From: Candidatus Pyrohabitans jungbluthii
Lineage (GTDB): Archaea; Hydrothermarchaeota; Hydrothermarchaeia; Hydrothermarchaeales; BMS3B
Reading direction: 5' to 3'
DNA length: 64,000 nt
NCBI GenBank assembly: GCA_002010065.2
Contig: MTMD02000008.1
Span: 224,001 to 288,000 of the forward strand
The notes under the pieces are model-generated. The model made no database searches, had not been told where the DNA came from, and saw only the letters and a program-made list of their open reading frames with translations. The position numbers were made by a program, and so were the translations under genes. Of the stretch, positions 8,977-17,624 are shown one piece after another (within the stretch, counting starts at the first letter, position 1; each line of letters opens with the position of its first letter).

Positions 8977-10058
8977 AGCAATTCTCTCAGCGCCGCTATA
9001 AACCTCCTGTTTTCCTCAGGCATGCCCACGCTCACCCTTATGTAGCGGGCATCTAAGCCCGGGAAGGACTCACAGCCTCGCGTAATAATCCCGCGTTTCA
9101 GCAGCTCTTCAGCTAAGCCTAGTTTTTCTACCCTGAAAAGCACAAAATTCGCCTGTGAGGTGAAAGCCTTTATGCCTGGAATTTTCCTCAGCTCCTCTAC
9201 GAGGTATTTTCTGCCTTCTCTGACAATATCAACACTCTGCTTTAGAAATTCTTTGTCTTCAAGCGCCGCCATAGCTGCAACCTGCGCTAAGAGGTTGACG
9301 CTGAAGGGCTGCCTCACGCGCGCGAGGTAATCTATAACCTTCTCACTTGCAAGGCAGTAGCCCACGCGGAGACCGGCTAATCCAAAAGCCTTTGAAAAGG
9401 TTCTCAGCACTATTAGGTTCTCGTGGTGTTTGACAAGGTGGGCAAAGCTTGTGCCTGCGAATTCGGCATATGCCTCGTCAAGAATCACGATTGCCTCTTT
9501 TTCAAGTATTTCCCTGAGAAGCGCCTCAGGGATTAAATTTCCCGTAGGGTTGTTGGGCGAGCAGAGAAAGAGTAGCTTCGCACGCGTAGCTGCGTTGAGC
9601 AGGGCTTCGGCATCGAAGGCATATTCAGTGTCGCCCTCTTTAAGCGGCACTTCAATGCATTGCGAGCCGTACATTGTGATGAGAATCTGGTAGTAGGAGA
9701 ATGTGGGCGGCGTGATAATCGCAGAGTCGCCGCGGGAAAGGAAAACCTTTGCGCACTGCTCCATCACGTCGTCGCTGCCGTTGCCCACGAGGATGTTTTC
9801 CGCGGGTAAGCCGATGTAACGGGAAAGCGCATCCCGTAGCTCTCCCGCAAGGGCATCTGGGTAAATGTTTACCTTTGCAGCGTGGGTGCGAATCGCCTCT
9901 ATTGCTTTTGGCGATGCCCCGAGAGGGTTCTCATTGGAGGCGAGCTTGATAATCTTCTCCTCTGGCAGAGAGTAGGCTCTTGCGATTTCGTCGATGCTCT
10001 TGCCGGGGATGTAGGGGGGCACGCGCTTTATCTCTTCTTTCACCAGCTTTTCTATCAT
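8973..10058 (-). CDS. hisC: Histidinol-phosphate aminotransferase
   Basis: KLASNENP, GNGSD, SPNNPTG, DEAYAEF, RTFSKAFGLAGLRVG. Confidence 0.95.
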   Translation of the reverse strand: MIEKLVKEEIKRVPPYIPGKSIDEIARAYSLPEEKIIKLASNENPLGASPKAIEAIRTHAAKVNIYPDALAGELRDALSRYIGLPAENILVGNGSDDVMEQCAKVFLSRGDSAIITPPTFSYYQILITMYGSQCIEVPLKEGDTEYAFDAEALLNAATRAKLLFLCSPNNPTGNLIPEALLREILEKEAIVILDEAYAEFAGTSFAHLVKHHENLIVLRTFSKAFGLAGLRVGYCLASEKVIDYLARVRQPFSVNLLAQVAAMAALEDKEFLKQSVDIVREGRKYLVEELRKIPGIKAFTSQANFVLFRVEKLGLAEELLKRGIITRGCESFPGLDARYIRVSVGMPEENRRFIAALRELL

Positions 10059-11233
10059 CTCTGCACCTCTTCGAGTATCTTGCTTAGCCTGGAGCACACC
10101 TCATCTATCTGCTCCCTCGTTATGACCAGAGGTGGGGCGAAGCGGAGTACATTATCATGGGTGCAGTTGAGAAGTAAACCGTGCTCCCTTCCCTTTGCCA
10201 CAATTTCACCGCAGGGTATGCTGAGCTCCACACCTATGAGCAGTCCTCTGCCGCGCACCTCCTTTATAACCTCATGCTTTTCCTGAAGCTGCTTGAGCTT
10301 TGCCATAAAGTACTCACCAAGCTCACGGGTGCGCTGAGCTAAGCCTTCCTCTTCAACAATCTCCAGCACCACCTTAGCGACGGCGCACGCTAGGGGATTG
10401 CCTCCGAAGGTGGAAGCGTGGTCTCCTGGGGAAAAGGAGTCCATAACCTCAGGCTTGGCGAGCATTGCACCTATTGGAAAGCCTGCGCCAAGAGCTTTGG
10501 CGAGGGTGAAGATCTCTGGCTCAATACCCAAGCCCTGCCACGCGAAAAGCGTGCCGGTGCGCGCTATTCCAGTTTGCACCTCATCCAGCACAAGAAGTAC
10601 GTCCCGCTCGTCGCAAAGCTCACGAACCTCCTTAAAGTAGTCCTCAGGCGGAATCACAACGCCGCCCTCGCCCTGTATCGGCTCAAGCATCACCGCGGCG
10701 GTGTCTTTGGTTATAGCTTTTCGGAGCGCTTCGATGTCGCCGTATTCAACGTGCTTGAAACCTGGCAATAGAGGCTCAAAGTCGCGCTTGTACTTCTCCT
10801 GCCCCGTTGCAGAGAGGCTGCCAAATGTTCGCCCGTGAAAGGAATTTTTCGCCGCGATAATCTCCCGCCTGCGGGTGTGCTTCCTGACCAGCTTTATCGC
10901 CGCTTCCACCGCCTCTGTGCCCGAGTTGCAGAAGAAGCTCTTATAGCCACCGGTAAGCTCGCACAGCTTCTGAGCAAGCTCCACCTGAGGCAGTGTGTAG
11001 TAGAGGTTGGAGACATGCATCAGCTTTGCAGCCTGCTCCTCAAGCACGCGAAGCACCTTGGGATGGGAGTGACCCACATTGAGAACCGCTATGCCGGCAA
11101 TGCAGTCTATGTACTCCTTGCCGGCGATGTCCTTAACCACCGCACCCTTGCCTTCAACCAGCGCAACGGGCTGGCGAGCATAAGTCTGGGCGACGCAGCG
11201 TTTGTCCAGTTCAACAAGCTCGGTGAAGTCCAT
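10055..11233 (-). CDS. argD: Acetylornithine aminotransferase (class III)
   Basis: NSGTEA, FHGRT, EPIQGEGG, DEVQTG, AKALG, STFGGNP. Confidence 0.9.
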   Translation of the reverse strand: MDFTELVELDKRCVAQTYARQPVALVEGKGAVVKDIAGKEYIDCIAGIAVLNVGHSHPKVLRVLEEQAAKLMHVSNLYYTLPQVELAQKLCELTGGYKSFFCNSGTEAVEAAIKLVRKHTRRREIIAAKNSFHGRTFGSLSATGQEKYKRDFEPLLPGFKHVEYGDIEALRKAITKDTAAVMLEPIQGEGGVVIPPEDYFKEVRELCDERDVLLVLDEVQTGIARTGTLFAWQGLGIEPEIFTLAKALGAGFPIGAMLAKPEVMDSFSPGDHASTFGGNPLACAVAKVVLEIVEEEGLAQRTRELGEYFMAKLKQLQEKHEVIKEVRGRGLLIGVELSIPCGEIVAKGREHGLLLNCTHDNVLRFAPPLVITREQIDEVCSRLSKILEEVQR

Positions 11234-11277
11234 GGTGAGAAGTAGCCGCAGCGGAATAAAAAGTTTGCCTAGGAAGT

Positions 11278-12147
11278 TTACTCCACCGGAAACTTTTCAT
11301 AAAGCACCTTTCGCTTCGCCTCGAGCATAAGCTCTTCTTTGCCTGCGAACTGCGCTGCGCTCATCACGCTCTTGCCCAGCTTCTCCGCGACTTCAAAAAC
11401 CCTGCTGAGCTTTTGCCTCCACTCTAAATCGCGCAGCAGGTGGTGGTCCAGTACGAGCGTCTCTACTCGAGTCTCCTCCAGGATCTTTACCAGGTTCTCC
11501 GCCGACTTATCCAAGCTCGCCTGGGCGTAGCGGTAGCCAAGCATGTAGCTCATTGGCCCGTCGATGTACACTATGCTCGGATTCTGCCGGAGTATAAAAT
11601 CAGCCTGCTCCTCTATGCTTGGCCCCTCGACGTCGCTGCTGAACACGAAGCACTCCTCGCCATCGCGCACCGCTACCTCTGTGACGTACCCCAGCCTGGG
11701 GTTGGTACCATGGTACACAGGTTTGGAGAACACCAGCTCAGTCTCGCCGAAGGCAAAGCTCCTGCCGTCGCAGTACTCTATGCTCTCAGGAAGCTCTCCC
11801 AGCTTCTCAAGGAAATAGCTGGCTCTGCGCTTCTGACTCAGGTTGATGTTGTTCTTGGGGTGCTTCAGGAGCGCAAGCTTGCCCTCATAGATCTCAGGCT
11901 CCTCGGGCGAATGGTGGTCGTAGTGGTAGTGAGTAACCACAAGCACATCGCTGCGCTCTGCGAAGCTCTTAATCAGCTTCCAGTCCTCCTCCAGCTTCTG
12001 GTACTCCAGGGGGTGAGGAGGAAGCCCATACCTTCTTGGTCCCAGGGCAACGCCCGGGTCTATGAGCACCTTCACGTCGCCTGTCTCTATGTAGGTGGCC
12101 ATGCTTCTCGTGCCCATTGAATCGCTCGCCAGGAGTTCTATTTTCAT
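11278..12147 (-). CDS. Metallo-beta-lactamase-fold hydrolase (UPF0282-like)
   Basis: SDSMGTRSMA, THYHYDH, DHHLLRD. Confidence 0.85.
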   Translation of the reverse strand: MKIELLASDSMGTRSMATYIETGDVKVLIDPGVALGPRRYGLPPHPLEYQKLEEDWKLIKSFAERSDVLVVTHYHYDHHSPEEPEIYEGKLALLKHPKNNINLSQKRRASYFLEKLGELPESIEYCDGRSFAFGETELVFSKPVYHGTNPRLGYVTEVAVRDGEECFVFSSDVEGPSIEEQADFILRQNPSIVYIDGPMSYMLGYRYAQASLDKSAENLVKILEETRVETLVLDHHLLRDLEWRQKLSRVFEVAEKLGKSVMSAAQFAGKEELMLEAKRKVLYEKFPVE

Positions 12148-12215
12148 GCTTCAGCCTCTCCACTTCCCGAATGCACCTTAAGGGTATATATTCCCGCAAA
12201 GAAGATATTAAGTTG

Positions 12216-12644
12216 ATGCCAACCTATTCCCTCATCCACCCTGTGGTAGGTGCAATCGCAGTGCTTCTGTGCTACGCCACTGCCTACCTGGGCTTTTCGC
12301 GGATGATGCTCATCGCAGGGAAGCGCAGCAGATTCTACTGGTTCAGGCGCAATGTGCACGTGAACATGGGCAGAAGCTTTGTTGCGCTTCTCTATGTGGT
12401 GTATCCTCTGGGCATACTCGGCATCTCAGAAGCTGGTTTCTCTCCCTTCTCCACTCCCCACGCGTACCTGGGCAGCTTCCTTCTTATTTTATTCACCTTC
12501 GGCGCTGTGCTTGCTTTCCTAATCCTCAAAGGCAGGCGGGAGTATATAAAGTTCCACGGCAGGTTGATGCTTGCCGGTGCGGCGCTAACCATATTTCAGA
12601 TAATCGGTGGCATCGTCAATCTACGCTCTCTGGGGATTCTGTAG
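12216..12644 (+). CDS. Four-TM membrane protein with His in each helix (cytochrome b561/DUF4079-like)
   Basis: HP, HVNMG, HAYLG, HGRLM spaced on four hydrophobic helices. Confidence 0.6.
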   Translation: MPTYSLIHPVVGAIAVLLCYATAYLGFSRMMLIAGKRSRFYWFRRNVHVNMGRSFVALLYVVYPLGILGISEAGFSPFSTPHAYLGSFLLILFTFGAVLAFLILKGRREYIKFHGRLMLAGAALTIFQIIGGIVNLRSLGIL

Positions 12645-12701
12645 CCCTCTGCGAAGATATAAATACGAGAATCATCCCCTATTTTATATAGGGGTGTTAA
12701 T

Positions 12702-13058
12702 TTGAGGCAGGGGATTCTATTGAGAACTTGCGGGATTTATGTGTTACTGTTTGTGTTGCTTGTCCTTGCAGCCTGCACAGGGCAGAGGGAAGAAGCCCCT
12801 TCTCCGGATAAGAGTTCCGTTACCGTAGAGGTAAAAAACCTCAGGTTTGTACCGGACGAACTCCGGGTGAAAAGGGGGACCACCGTGGTATGGGTGAATC
12901 GCGACCCCTTTGCACATACGGTAACCTTCTCAGACGGAAGCTTCGATGAAAGGCTAGAGAGGGGCGGGAGTACCACCAGAAGCTTCAGTGAACCCGGCAG
13001 GTACGAATACACCTGCAAAATACACCCTTCGATGAAGGGCGTTGTCATTGTCGAGTGA
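12702..13058 (+). CDS. Cupredoxin/plastocyanin-like lipoprotein
   Basis: LAAC lipobox, HTV, YTCKIHPSMKG type-1 copper motif. Confidence 0.9.
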   Translation: MRQGILLRTCGIYVLLFVLLVLAACTGQREEAPSPDKSSVTVEVKNLRFVPDELRVKRGTTVVWVNRDPFAHTVTFSDGSFDERLERGGSTTRSFSEPGRYEYTCKIHPSMKGVVIVE

Positions 13059-13095
13059 AGACAAGTAAGCTCTTCTTCACAGGGAGGTAAAGCAT

Positions 13096-13866
13096 ATGGC
13101 CTTCAATATACCATTCAATAAAAATGAGAAGCTCCGCGAAGTGGTTAGAAGGATAGACGGGAGTGAGAAGATAAGAGCCTACATAGAGGCCGCCAACGTC
13201 ACGGCGATAGCGAGGCTGGGCTACAACGACCACGGGTATGTGCATTCTAAAATCGTAGCCAACATCGCATTGAAGATGCTCCGTGTGCTTGTAAAGCATG
13301 GGTTAAAGCCGGGCGTTGTCAAAGACCATCACCTGAGCGAAAGCGAGGCCGAGGTCGTGGTGGTGCTCGCCTCTGTGTTTCACGACATAGGCATGGCGGT
13401 GCACAGAGTAAATCACGTCGAGTACGGCACCGCTATAGCCTTCCAGCTTCTCAATGAACTTCTCGAGGGTGTCTATGATGAGCGCGCCAAGGCTATAGTG
13501 GTGAGCGAGGTTCTGCACGCTATTTCGAGCCATGAGGTGGGTGTTAAACCCCTCTCCCTGGAGGCGGGTATCGTTACAGTAGCCGACGCCCTCGACATCG
13601 CTGGTGGAAGAGCAAGAATACCCTTCTCAAAGGGTAAGATAGACATACACAGCGTCTCGGCAATGGCAATTGAGGGCGTTGAGGTGAGGGAGGGCGAAGA
13701 CATACCCCTGAAAATCAAGATAAAGATGAGCAACTCCGCGGGAATCTTTCAGATTGATGAGCTTTTAAAGCCCAGGGTGCTGGAGTCAGGGCTCAAGGAT
13801 TACCTCCACATCGAGGCGGAGATAACCGGCGAAGAGAAGAGGATTCTGGAGAGGATTGAGCTTTGA
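13096..13866 (+). CDS. HD-domain phosphohydrolase
   Basis: GYNDHG..H, FHDIG, ADALD. Confidence 0.85.
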   Translation: MAFNIPFNKNEKLREVVRRIDGSEKIRAYIEAANVTAIARLGYNDHGYVHSKIVANIALKMLRVLVKHGLKPGVVKDHHLSESEAEVVVVLASVFHDIGMAVHRVNHVEYGTAIAFQLLNELLEGVYDERAKAIVVSEVLHAISSHEVGVKPLSLEAGIVTVADALDIAGGRARIPFSKGKIDIHSVSAMAIEGVEVREGEDIPLKIKIKMSNSAGIFQIDELLKPRVLESGLKDYLHIEAEITGEEKRILERIEL

Positions 13867-13911
13867 AAAAACGTTACATATATATCACCGGCTACCTTAA
13901 ATAGTATCATT

Positions 13912-14751
13912 ATGCAGGACTATACTGGATTCTTCGGCTCCTTCATTTGGTGGCTGTTTATCTTCTATCTTGTGCTTGGGCCGCAGCTCCAGCACCGCAG
14001 TCTTCAAGCTGCGAGGCAGAAGCTACTCAGGAAGTTGGGGGAGAAGCGGGGAAGCAATGTGATAACCCTTATTCACCGGCAGGAGAGCATTGGTTTATTC
14101 GGCATTCCATTCTACAGGTTTATTGATATAGACGACTCGGAGCAGGTGCTCAGAGCTATCCGCTCCACGCCTGAGGACAAGCCCATAGACCTGATAATAA
14201 ACACCCCTGGCGGGTTAGTGCTTGCCGCTAGCCAAATAGCCAGGGCGATAAAGGAGCACAAGGCCAAGACCACTGTGATAGTGCCCCACTATGCCATGAG
14301 CGGGGGCACGCTGATAGCTCTCGCAGCGGACGAGATACTCATGGACCCAAATGCGGTGCTTGGACCCATTGACCCGCAGATTAAAGAGTTTCCAGCACCA
14401 TCAGTGCTGAAGGCGGTGGAAAAGAAGGGCGTGGACAAGGTCAAAGACGAGACGCTGATAATGGCGGACATCGCGGAAAAGGCGATAAGGCAGATTCAGG
14501 ATTTTGTGTTTGAACTCCTGAAGGAGAGATACAGCGAAGACAAAGCCAGAGAGCTTGCGAGAGTGCTTACCGAGGGAAGGTGGACCCACGATTTCCCCAT
14601 AACTGTGGACGTTGCAAGAGAGCTTGGGCTAAATGTAAGTACCTCAGTGCCCGAGGAGGTTTATTCTCTAATGGAGCTTTATCCACAGCCCATAACAAAG
14701 CGCCATCCAAGCGTGGAGTTCATTCCTACGCCCAGCAAACAGCAGAAGTGA
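13912..14751 (+). CDS. ClpP-class serine peptidase (SDH_sah family)
   Basis: TPGG, AMSGGTLIALAAD, LGPIDPQ, WTHD. Confidence 0.9.
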   Translation: MQDYTGFFGSFIWWLFIFYLVLGPQLQHRSLQAARQKLLRKLGEKRGSNVITLIHRQESIGLFGIPFYRFIDIDDSEQVLRAIRSTPEDKPIDLIINTPGGLVLAASQIARAIKEHKAKTTVIVPHYAMSGGTLIALAADEILMDPNAVLGPIDPQIKEFPAPSVLKAVEKKGVDKVKDETLIMADIAEKAIRQIQDFVFELLKERYSEDKARELARVLTEGRWTHDFPITVDVARELGLNVSTSVPEEVYSLMELYPQPITKRHPSVEFIPTPSKQQK

Positions 14752-14752
14752 T

Positions 14753-15403
14753 TCACTTTAAAATGACAATATTTCCCCTGCCCTTCTTAATCTTCTTAAT
14801 TTTGCCTCTGTGCTCTAAGTCAGCGAGCATTAAGCTGAGCTTTGCCTCGGAGCAGCCTAGCCTTTTCCTAAGCTCGCTCTGCTTCATCCTTCCGCCTTCT
14901 TTCTTTATAATTTCCAGCACCTGGGCGAGGTCCTCAGGCAGAGGTTCAGACTCTTCCTCTTTCTCTTTCTTTTTCAGAAGAATATAGCCAGCAAAAATCG
15001 CTGAAATGAGGAAAACGGCTATGATTATGAACAGGCTGCTGCCCCGCTCTTCCTCTTCAAGGATACTTACATCTATTTCATCGAAGAGAAATTCCTCCTC
15101 AAGAGTTGGGAAGAGTATCAGGTCTATCCTGTAGCTACCATTCTGAGGCACCTCAATCACTTCCTCTGCCTCAAGCTTCAGAAGGTTGTTCTCGTAGTAC
15201 CTCGCCCTTAGCAAGTAGCTCCCATCCGGCACCGAAAAAGAGTAGCTCCCGTCTCTTGACACAATCACCTGCTCGGGTGTGGTGTTTATCTCCACCACCA
15301 CGTCGTTGAGGGGCTCAAAGGCGTCCCAGCTGTACAGGGTGCCGTAAATCTGGGCAGCATACGCTAAGGGCAGGCTGAGGAGGAGAATCAGCAATATTCT
15401 CAT
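14753..15403 (-). CDS. Membrane-anchored protein: signal peptide, extracellular beta domain, TM, C-terminal winged HTH
   Basis: C-terminal GGRMKQSELRKRLGCSEAKLSLMLADLEHRGKIKKIKKGRGN. Confidence 0.8.
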   Translation of the reverse strand: MRILLILLLSLPLAYAAQIYGTLYSWDAFEPLNDVVVEINTTPEQVIVSRDGSYSFSVPDGSYLLRARYYENNLLKLEAEEVIEVPQNGSYRIDLILFPTLEEEFLFDEIDVSILEEEERGSSLFIIIAVFLISAIFAGYILLKKKEKEEESEPLPEDLAQVLEIIKKEGGRMKQSELRKRLGCSEAKLSLMLADLEHRGKIKKIKKGRGNIVILK

Positions 15404-15570
15404 ATGGGATTACTAATCCTTTTGCCCATTAAATAATTTTCTATGAAGTAAAATAAATAAAATATGCAACTAATAAACTAAAATAAAGTATTATAAAGCT
15501 TTAAATTTGCCCACATCGAAAGTAAGCTTATATTAACTGAGGGTGGAGTTGGTGGTGGAGGTGAGAAAAA

Positions 15571-16746
15571 ATGAAGGCGAAAAAAACATTCTCAATCGCC
15601 CTGGCGGCGATGCTTGTGCTCAGCCTGCTCCCAGTAGGCTATGCATTGCCACCTATGGGAAAAGTAGAAGAGCGGTACAAAGTTGCTAAGGCAAACTACC
15701 TCAAAGCCCTTGAAGCATATAAGGGTGCCAGACAGGACTACCTGAAAATGAGGGAGATGGCGAAGAGAGAACCAAAAGGTGTAACTTTTGATAAGGCAAA
15801 GAACTTCCTGCTGCGCAGCATCGATGCGATGGTCGCCCACCTCGAGATGGTCAAGGCGAGGGTGGACATAGCAAGAGCATTAAGCGAAGAGGAGAAGGCA
15901 GAGATTGCGGAGACGCTGGATAGCTACATAAGCTATCTGGAAGAGAAAAAGCAAGAAGCAGAGCAGGCTGGGAACAGAGAGGAGTTGGTTAGCACAGCCA
16001 AGGATGTCAGGGAGAAGTGGAAAGAAGCGAGGGTGGAGATAAAGAAGATAACAGGTAAAATCATAATCTCGCGGATAGACCGCGTGCTCGAGAGAGGGGA
16101 AGAAATAGGAGAGAAGCTCGAATCCAGAATAGATGTACTCAAGCAGGAGGGCTACGACACCACTGAGCTTGAAGCACTGCTCGCAGACTACATGGAGCAC
16201 CTCAGCTTAGCCAGGGAGAAGAGGGACAAGGCAAAGGAGAAGTTCGCCGAGATTTCTTCGCCAGAAGATGCCCACAAGCTCTTCAGAGAAGCCAACGCCT
16301 TCATCAGGGAAGCGAACAGGCACATGCGCGAGATGTTCAAAGACCTGAAGCAGATTCTCAGGGAGATGAAGAAAGCGGAGCTGGAGATAAAGGGTATAGG
16401 CTTCCTGTATGCAAAGGGCAACGGTAGCGCGGTGATACAGGGCAACGGTAGCGTCTTTGTGAAGGGAGAGGGCAACCTCACCGTTAAGGTGGCTAATGGA
16501 ACAGTTCGTGTAGCCGGCGAAGGGGAGAAGCAGGAGAACAGCGACGGCAGTGTTACGTACCTCGGCTTTGGGCGAGCAAGAATTTCGGGCAGAGACCTGT
16601 ATGTGAGCGTCGAGGGCACAAACCTTGAGATAAGGGCGAGAGGCGTAGGTGTGGCGATACTCAGCGGCGAAGGCACGTACCGCACCGCAAAGGCAGAAGC
16701 TGACTGGAGCGCAGAGGAGGTCGCCTACGGAGGTGCTCAGAAATGA
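15571..16746 (+). CDS. Secreted coiled-coil protein with Gly-rich beta C-terminal domain
   Basis: Signal peptide, long E/K-rich helices, GNGS repeats; GGAGGTGA RBS. Confidence 0.75.
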   Translation: MKAKKTFSIALAAMLVLSLLPVGYALPPMGKVEERYKVAKANYLKALEAYKGARQDYLKMREMAKREPKGVTFDKAKNFLLRSIDAMVAHLEMVKARVDIARALSEEEKAEIAETLDSYISYLEEKKQEAEQAGNREELVSTAKDVREKWKEARVEIKKITGKIIISRIDRVLERGEEIGEKLESRIDVLKQEGYDTTELEALLADYMEHLSLAREKRDKAKEKFAEISSPEDAHKLFREANAFIREANRHMREMFKDLKQILREMKKAELEIKGIGFLYAKGNGSAVIQGNGSVFVKGEGNLTVKVANGTVRVAGEGEKQENSDGSVTYLGFGRARISGRDLYVSVEGTNLEIRARGVGVAILSGEGTYRTAKAEADWSAEEVAYGGAQK

Positions 16747-16991
16747 GAGCTAAGCTTGCGCTACTCGCTATTCTCTTTCTGGGGCTCATCATCACGGGAT
16801 GCACCTCGAAGCCAGAGCAGAAGGTGGGCACAGCCGTAGCACCTGCGCTGGAGGAGGCAGAAACACCCGCACCTGAGCCCGTGATAAACGAGGACGATGC
16901 AGAAATCGATGCCCTCATCCAGGAAGTGCAGGAGCTGGAGGAGTTTCTCAGCTACGTCGAACAGGGCGACACGCTGGAGCTGAGTCTGTAA
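16743..16991 (+). CDS. Small acidic lipoprotein
   Basis: ITGC lipobox, ATGA overlap with the upstream gene. Confidence 0.7.
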   Translation: MRAKLALLAILFLGLIITGCTSKPEQKVGTAVAPALEEAETPAPEPVINEDDAEIDALIQEVQELEEFLSYVEQGDTLELSL

Positions 16992-16992
16992 T

Positions 16993-17019
16993 GGGGCAGG
17001 TTAATATTGCCCCTCTTTT
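16993..17019 (+). terminator. Hairpin plus T-run terminator candidate
   Basis: GGGGCA...TGCCCC followed by TCTTTT right after the stop codon. Confidence 0.5.
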
Positions 17020-17078
17020 ATCTCTTCTGTGAGCCTCATCCCAATAAATAAAAATACTTGCAGTATTATACCTCTTGT

Positions 17079-17624
17079 ATGCTCGCAACATTCATTCTGG
17101 TGTTGATAAACATCGTAGTCTACCTCTTCTTCGCCACCGAGGCTTCTTCCCCTTTCACAATAAAGGAATTCTCCTATGCTATGGCGCTAACCCTTGAGGC
17201 TCTGAAGGAGGGGGAGTTCAGCAGGCTGATAACCAACTTCTTCTTCCACTTTGATTTCCCTCACCTTGGGTACAACATGCTGTTTTTATTAATCTTCGGA
17301 AGCAGATGCGAGGAGATATTCGGCACCCGGAGGTTTCTGCTAATCTACTTTATCTCAGGCATCTTCTCTTCACTTTCAATCTTCTTCTATCCCCAGGGCA
17401 GCGCCCTGGCAGGCGCATCCGGAGCAATCTTCGGCGTGCTTGGCAGCGTTCTTATTGCCCAGCGCACCCTCTATGCTCACGGCTTTGCAACCTCGCTGCT
17501 CTATGGGGCAATCTTCTTCATCATAGCTGTTACCACAGGCTTCATGGCCCATCTTCTCGGCCTAATAATGGGCTTTGTGCTCGGGTACATATTCACCTAC
17601 GGTGAGGAGAGCCCCAGCGGATAA
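17079..17624 (+). CDS. Rhomboid intramembrane serine protease
   Basis: FFH..HLGYNM, GASG, AHLLG. Confidence 0.9.
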   Translation: MLATFILVLINIVVYLFFATEASSPFTIKEFSYAMALTLEALKEGEFSRLITNFFFHFDFPHLGYNMLFLLIFGSRCEEIFGTRRFLLIYFISGIFSSLSIFFYPQGSALAGASGAIFGVLGSVLIAQRTLYAHGFATSLLYGAIFFIIAVTTGFMAHLLGLIMGFVLGYIFTYGEESPSG

